From Chlorokybus atmophyticus (Eukaryota > Plantae > Mesostigma and Chlorokybus algae): a DNA stretch of 64,000 bases. Position numbers and translations under genes: made by a program. Of this stretch, positions 40,200 through 52,993 are shown one piece after another (positions within the stretch are counted from its first letter, which is position 1; each line of letters begins with the position of its first letter). The stretch is from positions 896,011 through 960,010 of the forward strand of contig RHPI01001715.1 of the NCBI GenBank assembly GCA_009103225.1, in the 5' to 3' direction. Below the pieces are notes generated by a model, which saw only the letters and a program-made list of their open reading frames with translations, was not told the origin of the DNA and ran no database searches.

Positions 40200-42749
40200 A
40201 TTGGTACTAGGCGGCACATTAATGAACAGACTGCGGTTGGCGCATGGTTGCTCTTGCAACTCTTGTAGCAGAATATAAAGCCTTGCAAGTCATCAATGAA
40301 TGCTTGCGCAAGTGCACAATTAAGTTTTTATATTCGAGTGCGGCTCTGCCTGTATTGAGTTGCAACTGAGCGACATGCGCAGCATGCTGCTTGGTTGGCT
40401 GTAGTGCCAAGCTGTGCGCTACTGCGACATGCGCAGCCACGCTTTGTTATGGCATTCTCACAACAAGTATTGGCGTAATATCCTCGGCAGCCACATTGCC
40501 ATCCACCAACACAATATGCTCTTCTGCAGTAACAGCAGGAACTGTATGCAATCTGCACATGTTGTGTCAACCACGCGTGCCTTGATACGACATTGCGTCG
40601 CAGCAAAGCCCCAAGGCATGTCTCGTGCATACGTGCAGCACTTGTCAATGCTAACAGCCCCCCTTTTCCTAAGTGCACAACTGCATATGTTAAACCCACA
40701 CGTGTGTACATACGGTTGCATGCCGCGAAGCCACACACAAGGATTAACATATGCAAGTATGTACAAGTCAAAACAGAGCGCATGGAGCACAAAATGTTGC
40801 TGCCTAAACAGCAACTCGCGCACACTTATGCACACGGCACAGAAGCCTCCTTACAAGCCAGGTGGGGCCGGCAACTGAAAAGGCTGATTTGCCGAGAGGG
40901 GACGTCCGTATGGCCCATACTAGTACATATGCTGTTGCTGCGGCGGCGGCGGACGAGGATAGTGGTTGCGCCCGCCATTGTTGCGATAGCCTCCATGAGA
41001 CTTCTGTCCATAACCGTGGACAGATGCACTGTCAGCAAGTCGCAATTAGGGAATTATTTGTAACAACAGCAAACATCAACAATACATGAGCGCTTGCAAC
41101 ATTGTACGTTCGCATGCTTTGCCAGGCTATGACCAGAGGGAAAAACAACAGCTGCCGGTTATAGCTAGTAGCAACATAAGGGCCAATAAGCGTGTACATA
41201 CCAGCACATGCTCAAGTCAGCAATGGTCTTGTGTAGACCACAATACTGCTTGCGTGCAAACACATGCGCCGCGCGCAACAACTAGCAATAGCAACAACAA
41301 GCAAGAAACTCAACTCACCTGTTTTGAGCCGCCGCGTCTCTCGCCTTGTACAAGATCTCCTGGTACAGCTCCTGCAGCTGAACAAGCAAAGCAAACTCGT
41401 CCTCTGTGGGTGTGACGGTAGTGTGGCCCAACAGATTTGTAGCCTGCACCTTGAAGTGCTCAGCCCACTTAGCGCCATGAGTGTAATAGATGGCGGTCTC
41501 GTATTGTATCTGAGTTAAGGCAGACATCAAAGGAGCCTCCAAAAACAACCCCAAAGCGATTATCTGGAGCTGCTTGTGCTTGCGTGCTGGGAGCCTAGAG
41601 TCGCAATCAAGCTTGTTCCACAATGCCCACTGCACCGTGGCTGTGGTGAGCTTGCGCGAGGTGCCATTTGCTGCAAGAAGCTCGCAGTCAGTACACTGAA
41701 AGCAACGCAATTGAAAGATGCCAACACGTGCAAAATGTGCACATAACTTTGACAACAGATGACATGGTTAATCTGGATGACGCTCACACCAGCGCATACA
41801 GCAACACAGTGGTTATTCAACCATGCTAAGCAAGCACAGATACACAACATGCGGAATGCGCACAAGCATTGTAGCAACATGTGCGAATGCGCGCACATAA
41901 CTAATGACAGCATGCCAAGACTACAGCTGCAATTATGCCCACTGCATTGACAAGCCTGCAGTTGGTGAGAATGATGCGCAGCAATGCATAGTCAAAGAGG
42001 GCTCACACAGCATGGAAAGCGTACAGCTGCAATCATGCTGACTGCATTCACAAGCGTGCATCAGGTGAGAATGATGACAAGCAATGCACAAGCTAAATAA
42101 TGCTAAACCTCGAAACAAGGGCGCCATGGGCCTATCTGGGGGCGTAAAAAAGAAGGCAAAGGATGCACTTCCACCTCAGGGGCCTTCTTGCGCCTTATAA
42201 AGCGCGGCAATGTGTTGCCACCAGCGAGGACAGGTTGTGCACGAGATGATGGACAAGCTTGCGGATGGAGGAGAGTACACGCAGGTGTGGACTGGGAGAG
42301 CTTAATGCCCGATGCAGTCACATGCACATATGCCATCGCATCGAGTGCGACATCACACAACTCATCTCCAAAGGCCGTCACAAAGACAGGAGGATGCTCT
42401 GGCACAACCTCTATCACTACCCCACGCACCCCATGCTCTTTGCTCCTGCACCCAGCACTTTACCACCTGGTCTACCAGCCACTAACAACCTCTCTCGCTA
42501 GCATACCTGCGCAGCTGGTGCCGGGCACTATCTTTGCCCACTGGAATGGCAGGTGTTGCTTGTTCAGATTGTCCGCGCCATAGCAGCAAGTGTGGTGGCA
42601 GCAGCATCAGCTTGCTTGACTCCGGCTGCTGTGTTGCCTAGCGGAGCTGCTGCTGTTGCCGCTTGCATGGTATGCGTCACTATTGTTGTCGCATTTACCG
42701 GTGTTGCTGGCGTAAGGGATGCTTGACCACCGCCCCCCTCACCAGCCAT
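40200..42749 (-). pseudogene. DIRS gag-like ORF1, degenerate
   Basis: Lies upstream of RT on the same strand; helical segment 41315-41755 and a Gly/Asn/Pro-rich segment followed by GFCAVC. Confidence 0.5.
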
Positions 42750-43643
42750 GATCTACTGAAGTACCTAGCGGTGACAAACTAAGTAACGCCACCGCCGCCG
42801 CCGCTAGCGAAGACAGTAAAGACAAGAAGAACAATTGCAACAGCTGCTCAGCGTCAAGTAGCGATAAGCTAAGCTATGGCTGCTTATGAGCACTGCGAAC
42901 GTCAGCGGTGATGACATTCGCAGCGATTAGTTTGTCCACATCTAATGTTCTCTACCAGGCGGCAGAGGACGCGCGAGCGGTCAGCTATCAGTCAGCCGCT
43001 TGGGTATCTAACAGTGTGATGAAAGCAACATGATCTCAGCATTTTTACATATCGTTTTTTTAAAATATAATACTGAAACATCTTAAGACGTCTGATCTAA
43101 TGTCAAAGTTGGGAGAAGCAACCAGCTAGCATTAGATCTGTTCCTCGTAAACGACTACGTCTCTGTGAACAAAAATGTAAACCTCGATTGTTATTCTCAG
43201 TAACAGTCGACGTAAATGCATTAAAGCTGACAGCTTGAATGCATTGACTACTTGCTTTGTACTAACAGCGTAACAAGCACCGACGCAATTCCAACTCAGA
43301 TACGTACATGTGTCGTAAAAAGTAACGATCGCGATCATTATTGCGTTAGGTGCCGACAACAGCACGAGTGCTGCACGATATACGCACTGCGCATGATCTT
43401 GTCATAATACGAACAGGTTCATTCACCTGTATCAGTTTGTGTCACGTATGCTTCTCGATTCAAATTGTTTAACTAGCACGCGATAGTGCGAGTGCAGCAC
43501 TGATATATGCATGCGATAAATGCCAGTGGCATTTGTATATGTGTATATATAACGAGCACATTGGCTGCAATTCACATGGGTCAAACACCCCGTGTCAGTA
43601 CTGGCACCAACCCGTGCCAGTATTCACACAATCAATATGTGCC

Positions 43644-43709
43644 AGAACTGGCAACTTGCAAAAGACTTGTGCCGGTACTTGCACAAGTCTTTTGCAAGTT
43701 GCCAGTTCT
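43644..43709. repeat. Perfect 29-bp inverted repeat (hairpin, 8-nt loop)
   Basis: AGAACTGGCAACTTGCAAAAGACTTGTGC-cggtactt-GCACAAGTCTTTTGCAAGTTGCCAGTTCT. Confidence 0.95.
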
Positions 43710-43925
43710 ATCACACACAAACTGAGTCATTACCAGTGTATAAACCATAGACATATAGTGGCACAATTGCTGCGCCAGCAATGGCATGAGGTGCTCAGCA
43801 GCTGGCTCCAATGCCATTACTGGCACACACCCGGACCAATATTGATTCAAGTATTGAATGTCAGTAATGAAAAATGAACCCTTGCCATTATGAGTACCAG
43901 TTATAAAAGACCCATAGACCCCACC

Positions 43926-43997
43926 GAAGTCTAGAGGTATTGAACCCCGTTCGACGCGGTTTAAAGGCCCGCACCCGTCTATCGGGATGAAGACTCC
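43926..43997 (-). other. tRNA-like cloverleaf (pseudo-tRNA or tRNA-derived head), 72 nt
   Basis: 7-bp acceptor stem GGAGUCU/AGACUUC, D-like stem AUCC/GGGU, anticodon-like stem GCGG/CCGC and T-arm GGGG-UUCAAUA-CCUC. The D loop and U33 are non-canonical. Confidence 0.45.
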
Positions 43998-44579
43998 GTA
44001 AGTTCCATGTCCGCACCCGATAGACTTGTCGCCGGTGACAACCACTGACAGACTTATCGGAAGCCTAGTCACTGAACTCTGGTGACTCAGCATCCGTGCT
44101 TATTTAGTTGTGCGATGGTTGCAAGTTGCAACATACAGCTTGCAAGTTACGAGTTTCCCGCCTGCTGAGGTGGGCTGGGCGTAGGTGGGCGGGTGGGCCG
44201 GCGCGGCTCAGGTGATGGTTGTGTGTATGTATGCATGCAGGTTTGTGTCGTAGTAGGTGTCATGCCGGTCGTTGCTTGCTGGCGTCAAGTTGCTCGGCTG
44301 AGCAGCTTGCTGCGTGCCGCCTGCTGCGCTCTCTCCTGCTCTTAATCTTCTTATTAAGTCGCTTACTCTCTGTATGCTTACTTTGCGTCAAGCAGGCAGC
44401 AAGCTGTTAGATTGCGTCAAGCTAGCAGCTTGCTGCCTACTGCGCGCTCTTTCACCCAATCTCTCTCTTTTACTACACTCAGTACTGTGTCTGCTTGCTT
44501 GCATCAAGCTGCTTGGCCGAGCAGCTTGACGCAAGGCAGCTTGTTGCGTGCCTGCTGCCGCTGCCGCCGCTGCCGCTGC

Positions 44580-44879
<300 letters not shown>

Positions 44880-47449
44880 NCTGTGTACTATCGGAGGCAA
44901 ACAGAGTTAGGCAGTAGGCATGCTCACTTCTCGTTGCAATATCTGCATTGATTGCTGTGATACCACAGTATCATGAAGGCAAGTCTGCAATCAGCTGTTA
45001 GTGTGTGCTGACAATCACTACTTGTGCTTTCAGGTTAAATATAGACTATGTGACATGATGATGCTTCGTAAAGCAATCAACGGCGACCTCATGCGACTAC
45101 TAAGAGACATGCCAATAAGCCAAGCAACTGCCCTTTACGTCAGCCTATTTCCAAACGGTGTCAAGCATAACAAAGGTTAAGTTAGCTTGCTTGTGTCATA
45201 ATTTGCTTTAAACAACATGCCAACTTGTTAAGGAGTTGGTTGTTGAGTGATGGTCATGTCTATGTCAGTTGTATGCGGCAGGCAACAATTGCAATGATAC
45301 CACTACTTACTTGCTGGTTGGGGCTTGGCAAACTTATACATAAGCACACAGGACTTACAGACGGGACTCCCACCAGCGTCACCGGTGCAGCACCTTGCAG
45401 GGGAAGTTGCAACTTAGCATTAAGAAAGGAGAGGATGACCACCGGCCTCTCCACTCAGCTCTAGCCGCAAGCACACACACGCCAAAGTCACGCACGTGCA
45501 CCACCCCACAATACCGCACCCCACAAGAGATGAGGGGGAAAGCCCCTTTAACGGCTAACAACCAGACACCCACGCACAAGTGGCCTTCCTGCAAGGTGAA
45601 CACACTCTGATGCCTTGATCAATATTAATCCAATCCCTACTCAAGGATGCAACTTAGCATTTATACCACATGCTGCTCTTCAGACCTAGCACACATGATA
45701 TCTAAGGCCTCCTAGGCCTTGTCACTATGCGCTGACTTTGTTCGAACATCGGTTTACTGCAGGAGTAACATTCTTACCTCGGATCTACAAACTCCTGCTC
45801 CCCTAGTACAGTTGCACTTGCGGATTGCTCACATGCACCACTTGCCTTGCAACTGTCACCAATGGCAAATTGCACTAGCACAGTACACATCCTGTGGTTT
45901 GCCAATGTGACTCACAATTTTGTATTTGTCACTTACTGTGACAACTTACAATACTCTCAGTAACAAAGGCTCATATGCGATAGGCATTAACCAGCTCTGT
46001 GCTAGCCCTCAACTATGCGTTGTGTTGTGACGTCTAAATCTCCTTAAGAGACTTAGACAAAGTTGTGGGGTTCAATCATCTCCTGTTAAACACTACACAG
46101 CTTGACAAACGATATGTCCACATAAATAGTCTCACACCCACAATCTTACCAACGAAATATATAAAAAAGAATAACTTGCGCCAGCCTTATAGGCATGACA
46201 GCAATCTTGGCATGCAACCCATGAACTGTAATTGACGTATTGCACTGCAGATGTAATCACAAGCTCAAACAAAGAGCCGAATCTTATCGGTTGAGTTACT
46301 ACAAGTGGTGAGTTCAGTCCTCAATCTTAACTAACCATGTCTACTTGCCTTTGATCATATGCAATGAGCTTGTTATTTGCTGCATCGCTCTCTTCAATTT
46401 GACATGCATTACAGGCTTGTTTCCTAACCTAAGTCACCTATAAAAGGGTTTTGCAGGTAAGCTATGTGCAGTGACCACTGCCATTACTAGTCTTGTTGCG
46501 CTCATGCGGTTGCTACGTAGTTTGCAAGCACAACTGACAGTTGCCATCCTATCTGCTGTTTGCACAAGCTTGTCCAGTCACCTCCACCATTTGCTTTAAA
46601 ACTATTTATGTGCGTGGCATGCAGAGCAGGACCGCACCTTGCCAATTTAGTTCAAAGCGATGCCGCTCTACTATATCTTCAAGCCGTTCCAACCCCTGCC
46701 TGATGGTGAGAAAGTGGGGCAAGTTGCTGTTGCTATTGTCATGCTCATGCAACTACTGTTTGTATAGTGAGCTGTGCATTCGCGTTGCGTATTTGCCACA
46801 CAACAGGTCCTTATGCCATACCGTGTGTGAGAGCATGCAAGAGGTGCAGCAGGTTTCCTGTTCGCAAGGTGCGCGGGAGGCAGCACGCGACATTGCACAA
46901 TTGAGTTAGCGCTGGAGCTCAAGGAGAAGGAGCAACAGCAGCATGAGTTGTAGTTGTATGGGCTGATCAATTGTATAGGCTAATCAGTATGTGCATTGTT
47001 GATCTTTGATGTGCTATTGTAGTTGCATAGTTCAACAAAGTTTTGCTAACATGAGCTTCTTTGCTTTGTCCATCATAATGTGACTGAATTATATATTGAT
47101 ACATCAGCATGCTGAACCATTTGTGCCATTACTGGCACAATGCAGTGACACATCTACATCTAGTGGCCCACACCAGCACAAGCACATGATATCCATGTAC
47201 AAACAATGCGGGGCGTGCTTGCTCATGCATTGTGTCATGCACATGTCACCAAGCACACAGCATACAGCAGGCGCAGATTCTCATATATATTCAAACAATG
47301 GGCTATACAACCGTGCCAGTGCGGGCATGGGCACCGGTAATTCTGGACCCCCCGAATTTCTGAAAATTTAGCGCATTTGCCCTGAGTACTCACCTGTTTT
47401 ATGTGTGAACTCGCCACTTGCGTAGCTGCAGAGGTCGCTGTTACGATTG

Positions 47450-48000
47450 CTGATTATTCAGGCCAAATGCCCTGAATACAAGCAATGGATATTCACACGT
47501 TTTGGTCATGAATAATTGTAGTTGTCCATCTCGCACACAACCTCCTACATGTGAGTGGTTATTCACTCGCAACAGAACTGCGTATTCAGTCTTCTTAGGT
47601 ATACATGGTTCTAGACTTGTACCATGGCACCAAGTGATTATTCATACTTTGTGTGCGTAAATATTTACAGCGCCTGCCCTCACACTAGGTCCTCCTTATA
47701 GGTAATTATTCACACGCATATTGGCTTAATGTTCACACATATTAAAGCTGTTTCAACAGCACATGTACCATACTAGCGACTGATTATTCATACGATTTGT
47801 GATTGAATAATACAGCATATCTGCTCTCACACATAGTCCTATGTATGAGTGGTTATTCACCCATAGTTAGGTTGAACAATCACTGCTGCCTTTGGTTGAT
47901 TTTCACGCGAATTATAAGTGAATAATACAGCACTTTTGCTCACACACACAGTCCTACACACAAGTGGTTATTCACTCACAGTTTGGTTGAACAATCACTG
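47450..48000. repeat. Degenerate array of TATTCA/TGAATA motifs in both orientations, like CACTA subterminal repeats
   Basis: Recurrent (G/T)GATTATTCA, GGTTATTCAC and TGAATAATACAGC, next to a TnpA-like gene. Confidence 0.55.
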
Positions 48001-48151
48001 CATCTTGCTATCGTCAACAGCTGTGACATAGCATAGCTGTGACATAGCACATAGCAATCAGTCCAGCCGGTGAATTTGGACAGCAATGTTAGCTGAATGG
48101 CAGATGACTCGAACAACAAATTCACTGATGTCTACAATGTATCTCTGCTAC

Positions 48152-50650
48152 CTACTTCTTGCTGCCTCGACCACGCCCACCGCGCCCACCCCGCCCACCC
48201 CGGCTGCCCTTCCCACGGCCCCTCCCGCGCTGTGTGGTTGTGCCTTCCTTTGCTGGCTCCCTCACCTTGATACTCTTCAGCAACCCAACAGGCCAAAGTA
48301 GCAACAATCCCGGCTCGCACTCTGCGCATACATCAACCACACATGAACTCAGCTGACTTGCACAATGTTGCAACTGTTTATGCAATCGCATGCACACAAA
48401 CGCGTTCACCTTTCAAGTGGGTCACTTGCACTCCAACCCCATCACGCTTGAAGCTGATTGGCAGAGGCACAACCTCTTCTTCCCCTGGTCCGGGACGTCT
48501 GGTCCTAGTGATGGGAAGACTGCGGCTGAACTGGACCACAATGTTGCCCTCTCCAATCTTCTTGCCATGAAACTTGTTGACAGGATTGATGTCGCTTACA
48601 TGCGCCTCCCCTATTGGTTCTTTGCGCCCGTTAATGAACAGTTGGACTTCACTGCCAACCTTCATCGTCGGTGCGGTGTCGTCCTTGTCGCTCAGCTCTT
48701 TCTGCGCATGCAAGTGACAAACACATGAAGAGGTACACACATGTGAGCTCTCATACAGCGCTTGCGAAGCGACCTGCCTTCTGCGAGTCGTTGTCGCTGT
48801 TGTTGGGGCTGTCCCCCTCGGTGTCTGGGGCGCTGTCCTTGGCGCCATCTTCACCGCTGTTCTCGCTTCTATCTGTCTCAGGCACTTCTGAATACGTTGG
48901 CTCATCCTGCGCGACAATGTGACACGACGTGTTAACAAGCTTACAATCGTCACGCAACGAATGCGTGCCTGCCGCAGATGACGGTTTGTGTGCAGCCAGA
49001 AGAACGCAAGAAGCCCATAAGATCAAGTACATGGTGCTTTCATACCTCCTTTTGCTTGCCGCTCTTCTTCACCAACACCGTCTCCTGCTTGCCAGTCGAG
49101 TGGCCTGCCTCCTGAGACTTGTAGGGAGCCGGTATCGAGCGAACAATTTTCTTTGTTTTTTGTTGGGGGGGGCTTGACACCTCATCCTCCTGCCAACAGC
49201 ATGAAGTCAGATGGTGAGCCACAACTCCGTGCATTGCCGCTCTATCAAGTCCAATGCTGCGTACCTCACCAGACACTTTGCGCTTCCCTGAGCTGCTGTC
49301 ACGCACATCAGCACCCTGCTTGGCACGTGCCTGAACACAACAGTAATGAACGATCATGAACACATGTTTAGCAAAGTACAAGCAAGAGCGGCATCTGATC
49401 TGTGAACCAGTAGCAGGAGAACTTGAGGGTTGTGGTGCAGTGCCTTCCTTGTTACCTATCGCATACATAAGGCACTGATCACCACAGCCTGCATATACAC
49501 ACAGTACTCCAGCAGCTGCCTGCGCGCGCAAGACGCGGCTCACGCTGCGAGGTGCCATTTCTGTCGTCACTGGCGTCGCTGGCGGGATGTGAACGCGTGG
49601 GCGCCGTGCAATTACAAGGGGTCATCATACACACCACACAACCTGCATACATAAGGCACCATCAAACACAAAGCATCGTTCTTAACACGACATTGACGAA
49701 GCCAACTTTGTGCAAACTGTAGGTCACCCTCTGAGGTGGCATCCTCGTCGTCGCTGGCAGATTGCACTTCTTTTGACTTCTTGGGCTTCTTCTTGTTGGC
49801 TTTCTATCAAGCACATGGCAAAGGCACTCAAGACATGCACATCGCACAAACACCGTAGTCACTACATGACACACACCTTATTGTTCTTGTCGCTAGGCCC
49901 TCCCTTGCGCCTTGGCACAAAGCCCCCCGCGAAAGCCTTCTCCATCATCTCCTTGTAATGCTTCCGACTCTTTTCTTTCTGCTTCTCTTTGTGCTTGGGG
50001 TTGCTGTATCCCTTTTTGTTGCCCAGATACTGTTGAATCTTCAAACGCGCCTACCCACCAATGAAAAAGTTGTGAAGGCCAATACATGCAAAGCAAACTC
50101 CTCCCAGCTCAGACAATGCTGCCATATTGCATGACAGCTCATGTAACTGTGGGAAATTGCTAACCATTTGATACGAGAGCTTTGGATTCAGCAGATGCCA
50201 GCATTTGGTTGCAAGAGCGAACTTGAATGGGTCCTGCTTCGTTTGAGTCTTCCCCGGCATCATGCGACAGTACTCGTAGCAAATCCGGCCTTTGTCGGCC
50301 AGCTTGATGACCTTGCAACGATCACGGGCATGATGCTTCCCACGCCAATGTAGGACCTTCAGTGCCTGCATAGTTTACATTGGTGCACTAGTACAACATG
50401 GGACGAAACAGACTTCGGCAGCAAGGTCTGACATTGATTGCGGATGCTTGATGCATAAGCTCACTTTTAAGGAGACCATTGCTGTGGTCTCAAGATCACG
50501 CAGGTGAACAGTCGCCTCACTGGTTTCCCACTCATGCTGCAGCTGCTCATCAGAAGAACCACCAGCATTGCTCCCCCATATCTCTTCGTCCAAATTCTCC
50601 CATCCTTCGCTGCAGTTGCTGGACCGCCCACCCGACGTGGTGCCTGACAT
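48152..50650 (-). pseudogene. CACTA TnpA-like second ORF (Tnp1/En/Spm C-terminal domain), multi-exon, with stops
   Basis: KVGSEVQLFINGRKEPIGEAHVSDINPVNKFHGKKIGEGNIVVQF...PLP resembles the TnpA C-terminal domain; basic and acidic low-complexity linkers and an RGG tail. Confidence 0.6.
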
Positions 50651-50843
50651 GATGATGCCCTCTTCTAGATAGATCAAGCTTGCTTTACAAGTCAGGTGCA
50701 ACCGCAACCCTAATCAACCTCAAGTCTTGGTTGACTCAAGTGACTGCAGGTTGTAAGCCATGTGGACTTGCTTGTTGACTTGTCACAGCAAGCAAACCAT
50801 GTACCTTGCAAAAGAAGTGTCTCTAAGCTGCTTGCACAAAGGC

Positions 50844-51279
50844 GTGCTTGTGAACTTATTAAACAGGCACCCAGCAAACCAAACACCCAATACCTTGTAG
50901 AGTAGAAGCTTCTTCAGCTTCTTTCCAGCTGAACACGAGAAAGGTAAGCCTAACAGCAAGCTAGCAGGCAAATGGCATGTGCATGCACAAACATGTGCTT
51001 GTGAACTTGTCAAACAGGCACCCAGCAAACCAAACACCCAGTACCTTGTAGAGTAGAAGCTGCTTCAGCTTCTTTCCAGCTGAACACGACAAAGATAAGC
51101 TCAACAGCAAGCTAGCAGGCAAATGGCATGTGCATGCAAAAACATGTGCTTGTGAACTTGTCAAACAGGCACACTGCAAGCCAAACACCCAGTACCTTGT
51201 AGAGTAGAAGCTGCTTCAGCTTCTTGCCAGCTGAACACGACAAAGGTAAGCCTAACAGCAAGCTAGCAGGCAAATGGCA
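50844..51279. repeat. Tandem repeat, 151-bp unit, ~3 copies
   Basis: Units start at 50844, 50995 and 51146 (GTGCTTGTGAACTT...GGCAAATGGCA). Confidence 0.9.
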
Positions 51280-51987
51280 GTCCAGAATGCTAGCGGCACA
51301 ACACCATGCTGTATTTGCTTATTGCAACGAAGTGACCCAGCATGCAACCACTGGAAGAGCAGTGCGACAAGCCAAGATCCATGTGGGCAGGTGATGCGCG
51401 TGCATGCATGCTTGTCTAACGGGGTTTGGGCTAGTAGTGAAGTTAGGTAGGTAGTAAGTAGGAAGAGCACCCGGTGGTGATTGTAAGTGGTGTGCTGTTG
51501 TGTGTGCTGTGCAATGCATGCCTCACATTGTGATACATGCCACAATCTCTGCATCCTATATATTGTACAGCTGACAACGCTCGCTCACCTCGCCACATCG
51601 CCGCCGCCGCCAATACAACCAGCAAGTACGCCGGTGCTGTGGGACAATCAATGCAATTCCCGGTGCGGAAATCCCTGCAATCAATGGGATGCAGTGATCG
51701 TTCGGAAAATCCACATCAGCAATTGTGCTGGTCGGACACCAGTCGCGTCTCCGCTTGCTCCGACCACAATAGGCCGCACGAGCAATTGCCGTGGAAATTG
51801 CCTTTTGTCGAAACTTTGATTGTCAAATGAACTCTATGTTTATTGGTCCATACAAACCAAGCGAAATTACATTCTCTATTTCCGATGAAATCGTCCATGT
51901 CCGAGGACGGTGTCTGTGTGGCTTACCCCAAACTATAAGTAACCCTAACCCAAACATCCAATGCATGCTGGTAATTGTGCTGCAACA

Positions 51988-52993
51988 ATGGACCCCCCTG
52001 TACCCATGCGCACCATGAATGAGGCTCTAACGAAGGCGCTCCTTGCAGTCGGGTGGCGATTAGTGGGACTAGGTCAGGTCTTGACACAACCGTGGAACGG
52101 CTATGTGGACTCTGGCGATGCTCGCTATCATCAGGTATCTTTCTCGCTATTCATGGTGTGAGTTGCGTGCGCTATGTCACTCTGCATGCTGCTGACTATG
52201 CATGCCACTATGCATGTGCCATACTGTTGCGCATTGTGTGTACATGCGTATGCCTTGTGTGCGATGTGGGTTGAGTTTGCCTGTGTAGTGTATATAAGGG
52301 GTATGGTACAGTGGCAGCATGCATGGTGTGGACAATGCGAATGGCATGCATCAGCACAAGCATACACACGCTTTACACATCAAATGTGCATATGTTTGTC
52401 CTGCTATGATAGGAACGCCTATATATATGCACAGCTCTGATTGCTACCATGCAACACCCTTGCGCGTTACATGCCGTGCATGTCATGCCATGCTACTGCC
52501 TGAATGCGTGTCCAGTTCATGTCCATAACAATAGAGGCGCTGCCTATGCATTTGCATCAACTTCTGGCGCACGTTTATGAATGAATGCGATGCAACATGC
52601 GAGTTAACCTGTAAAATTGTTTGTCAGGTCCAATTATGCAATTGGGAGCTTTCAACTCGTGGAATTGTTTATCAGGCACCCATTGCGATTGCAGCTACTG
52701 TACAAACCGGTGTGTATATGGCAGTCTCCGTGCATGAGAACACTCCCTCGCCTCCTGATGCGCCTCTTCCTACTCGCACTATCATTGACTCGGGCACCTA
52801 TGGCGCTGCTGGCCTGCGCATCGTGATCGAGTGCGACAACAATATTGCTGCACGCTGGAGTGTGTTTACTGGCTCCCAAGTCCCTGAACCTGGTGCAACG
52901 CCCGGTACCAGTCTCACACCAACTTGTAATGGAGTTTTCCCTACTTGCGACCCTCCTAATGAACCTAGTGATTCGAGTGACTCATCGCAATGA
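51988..52993 (+). CDS. Intact two-exon orphan ORF (170 aa; exons 51988-52134 and 52628-52993)
   Basis: Phase-0 GT..AG splice gives MDPPVPMRTMNEAL...YHQ|VQLCNWELSTRG...SSQ*. A telo-box-like AACCCTAACCC lies at ~51941. Confidence 0.5.

Larger units (their letters stand above)
22646..43148 (-). mobile_element. Degenerate Kangaroo/PAT-type DIRS (tyrosine-recombinase) retrotransposon, ~6.4 kb once the nested 14 kb insertion is removed
   Basis: gag-RT-RNase H-Dam-like on -, tyrosine recombinase in the opposite orientation (the Kangaroo layout). A 31-bp direct repeat (29/31 identical) sits at 22666-22696 and 43106-43136. Confidence 0.85.

Noticed and set aside
45030-47000. Possible degenerate multi-exon gene with Cys-rich (SWIM/CxC-like) pieces
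   Set aside because: Too many stops, and no motif set I can assign with confidence.
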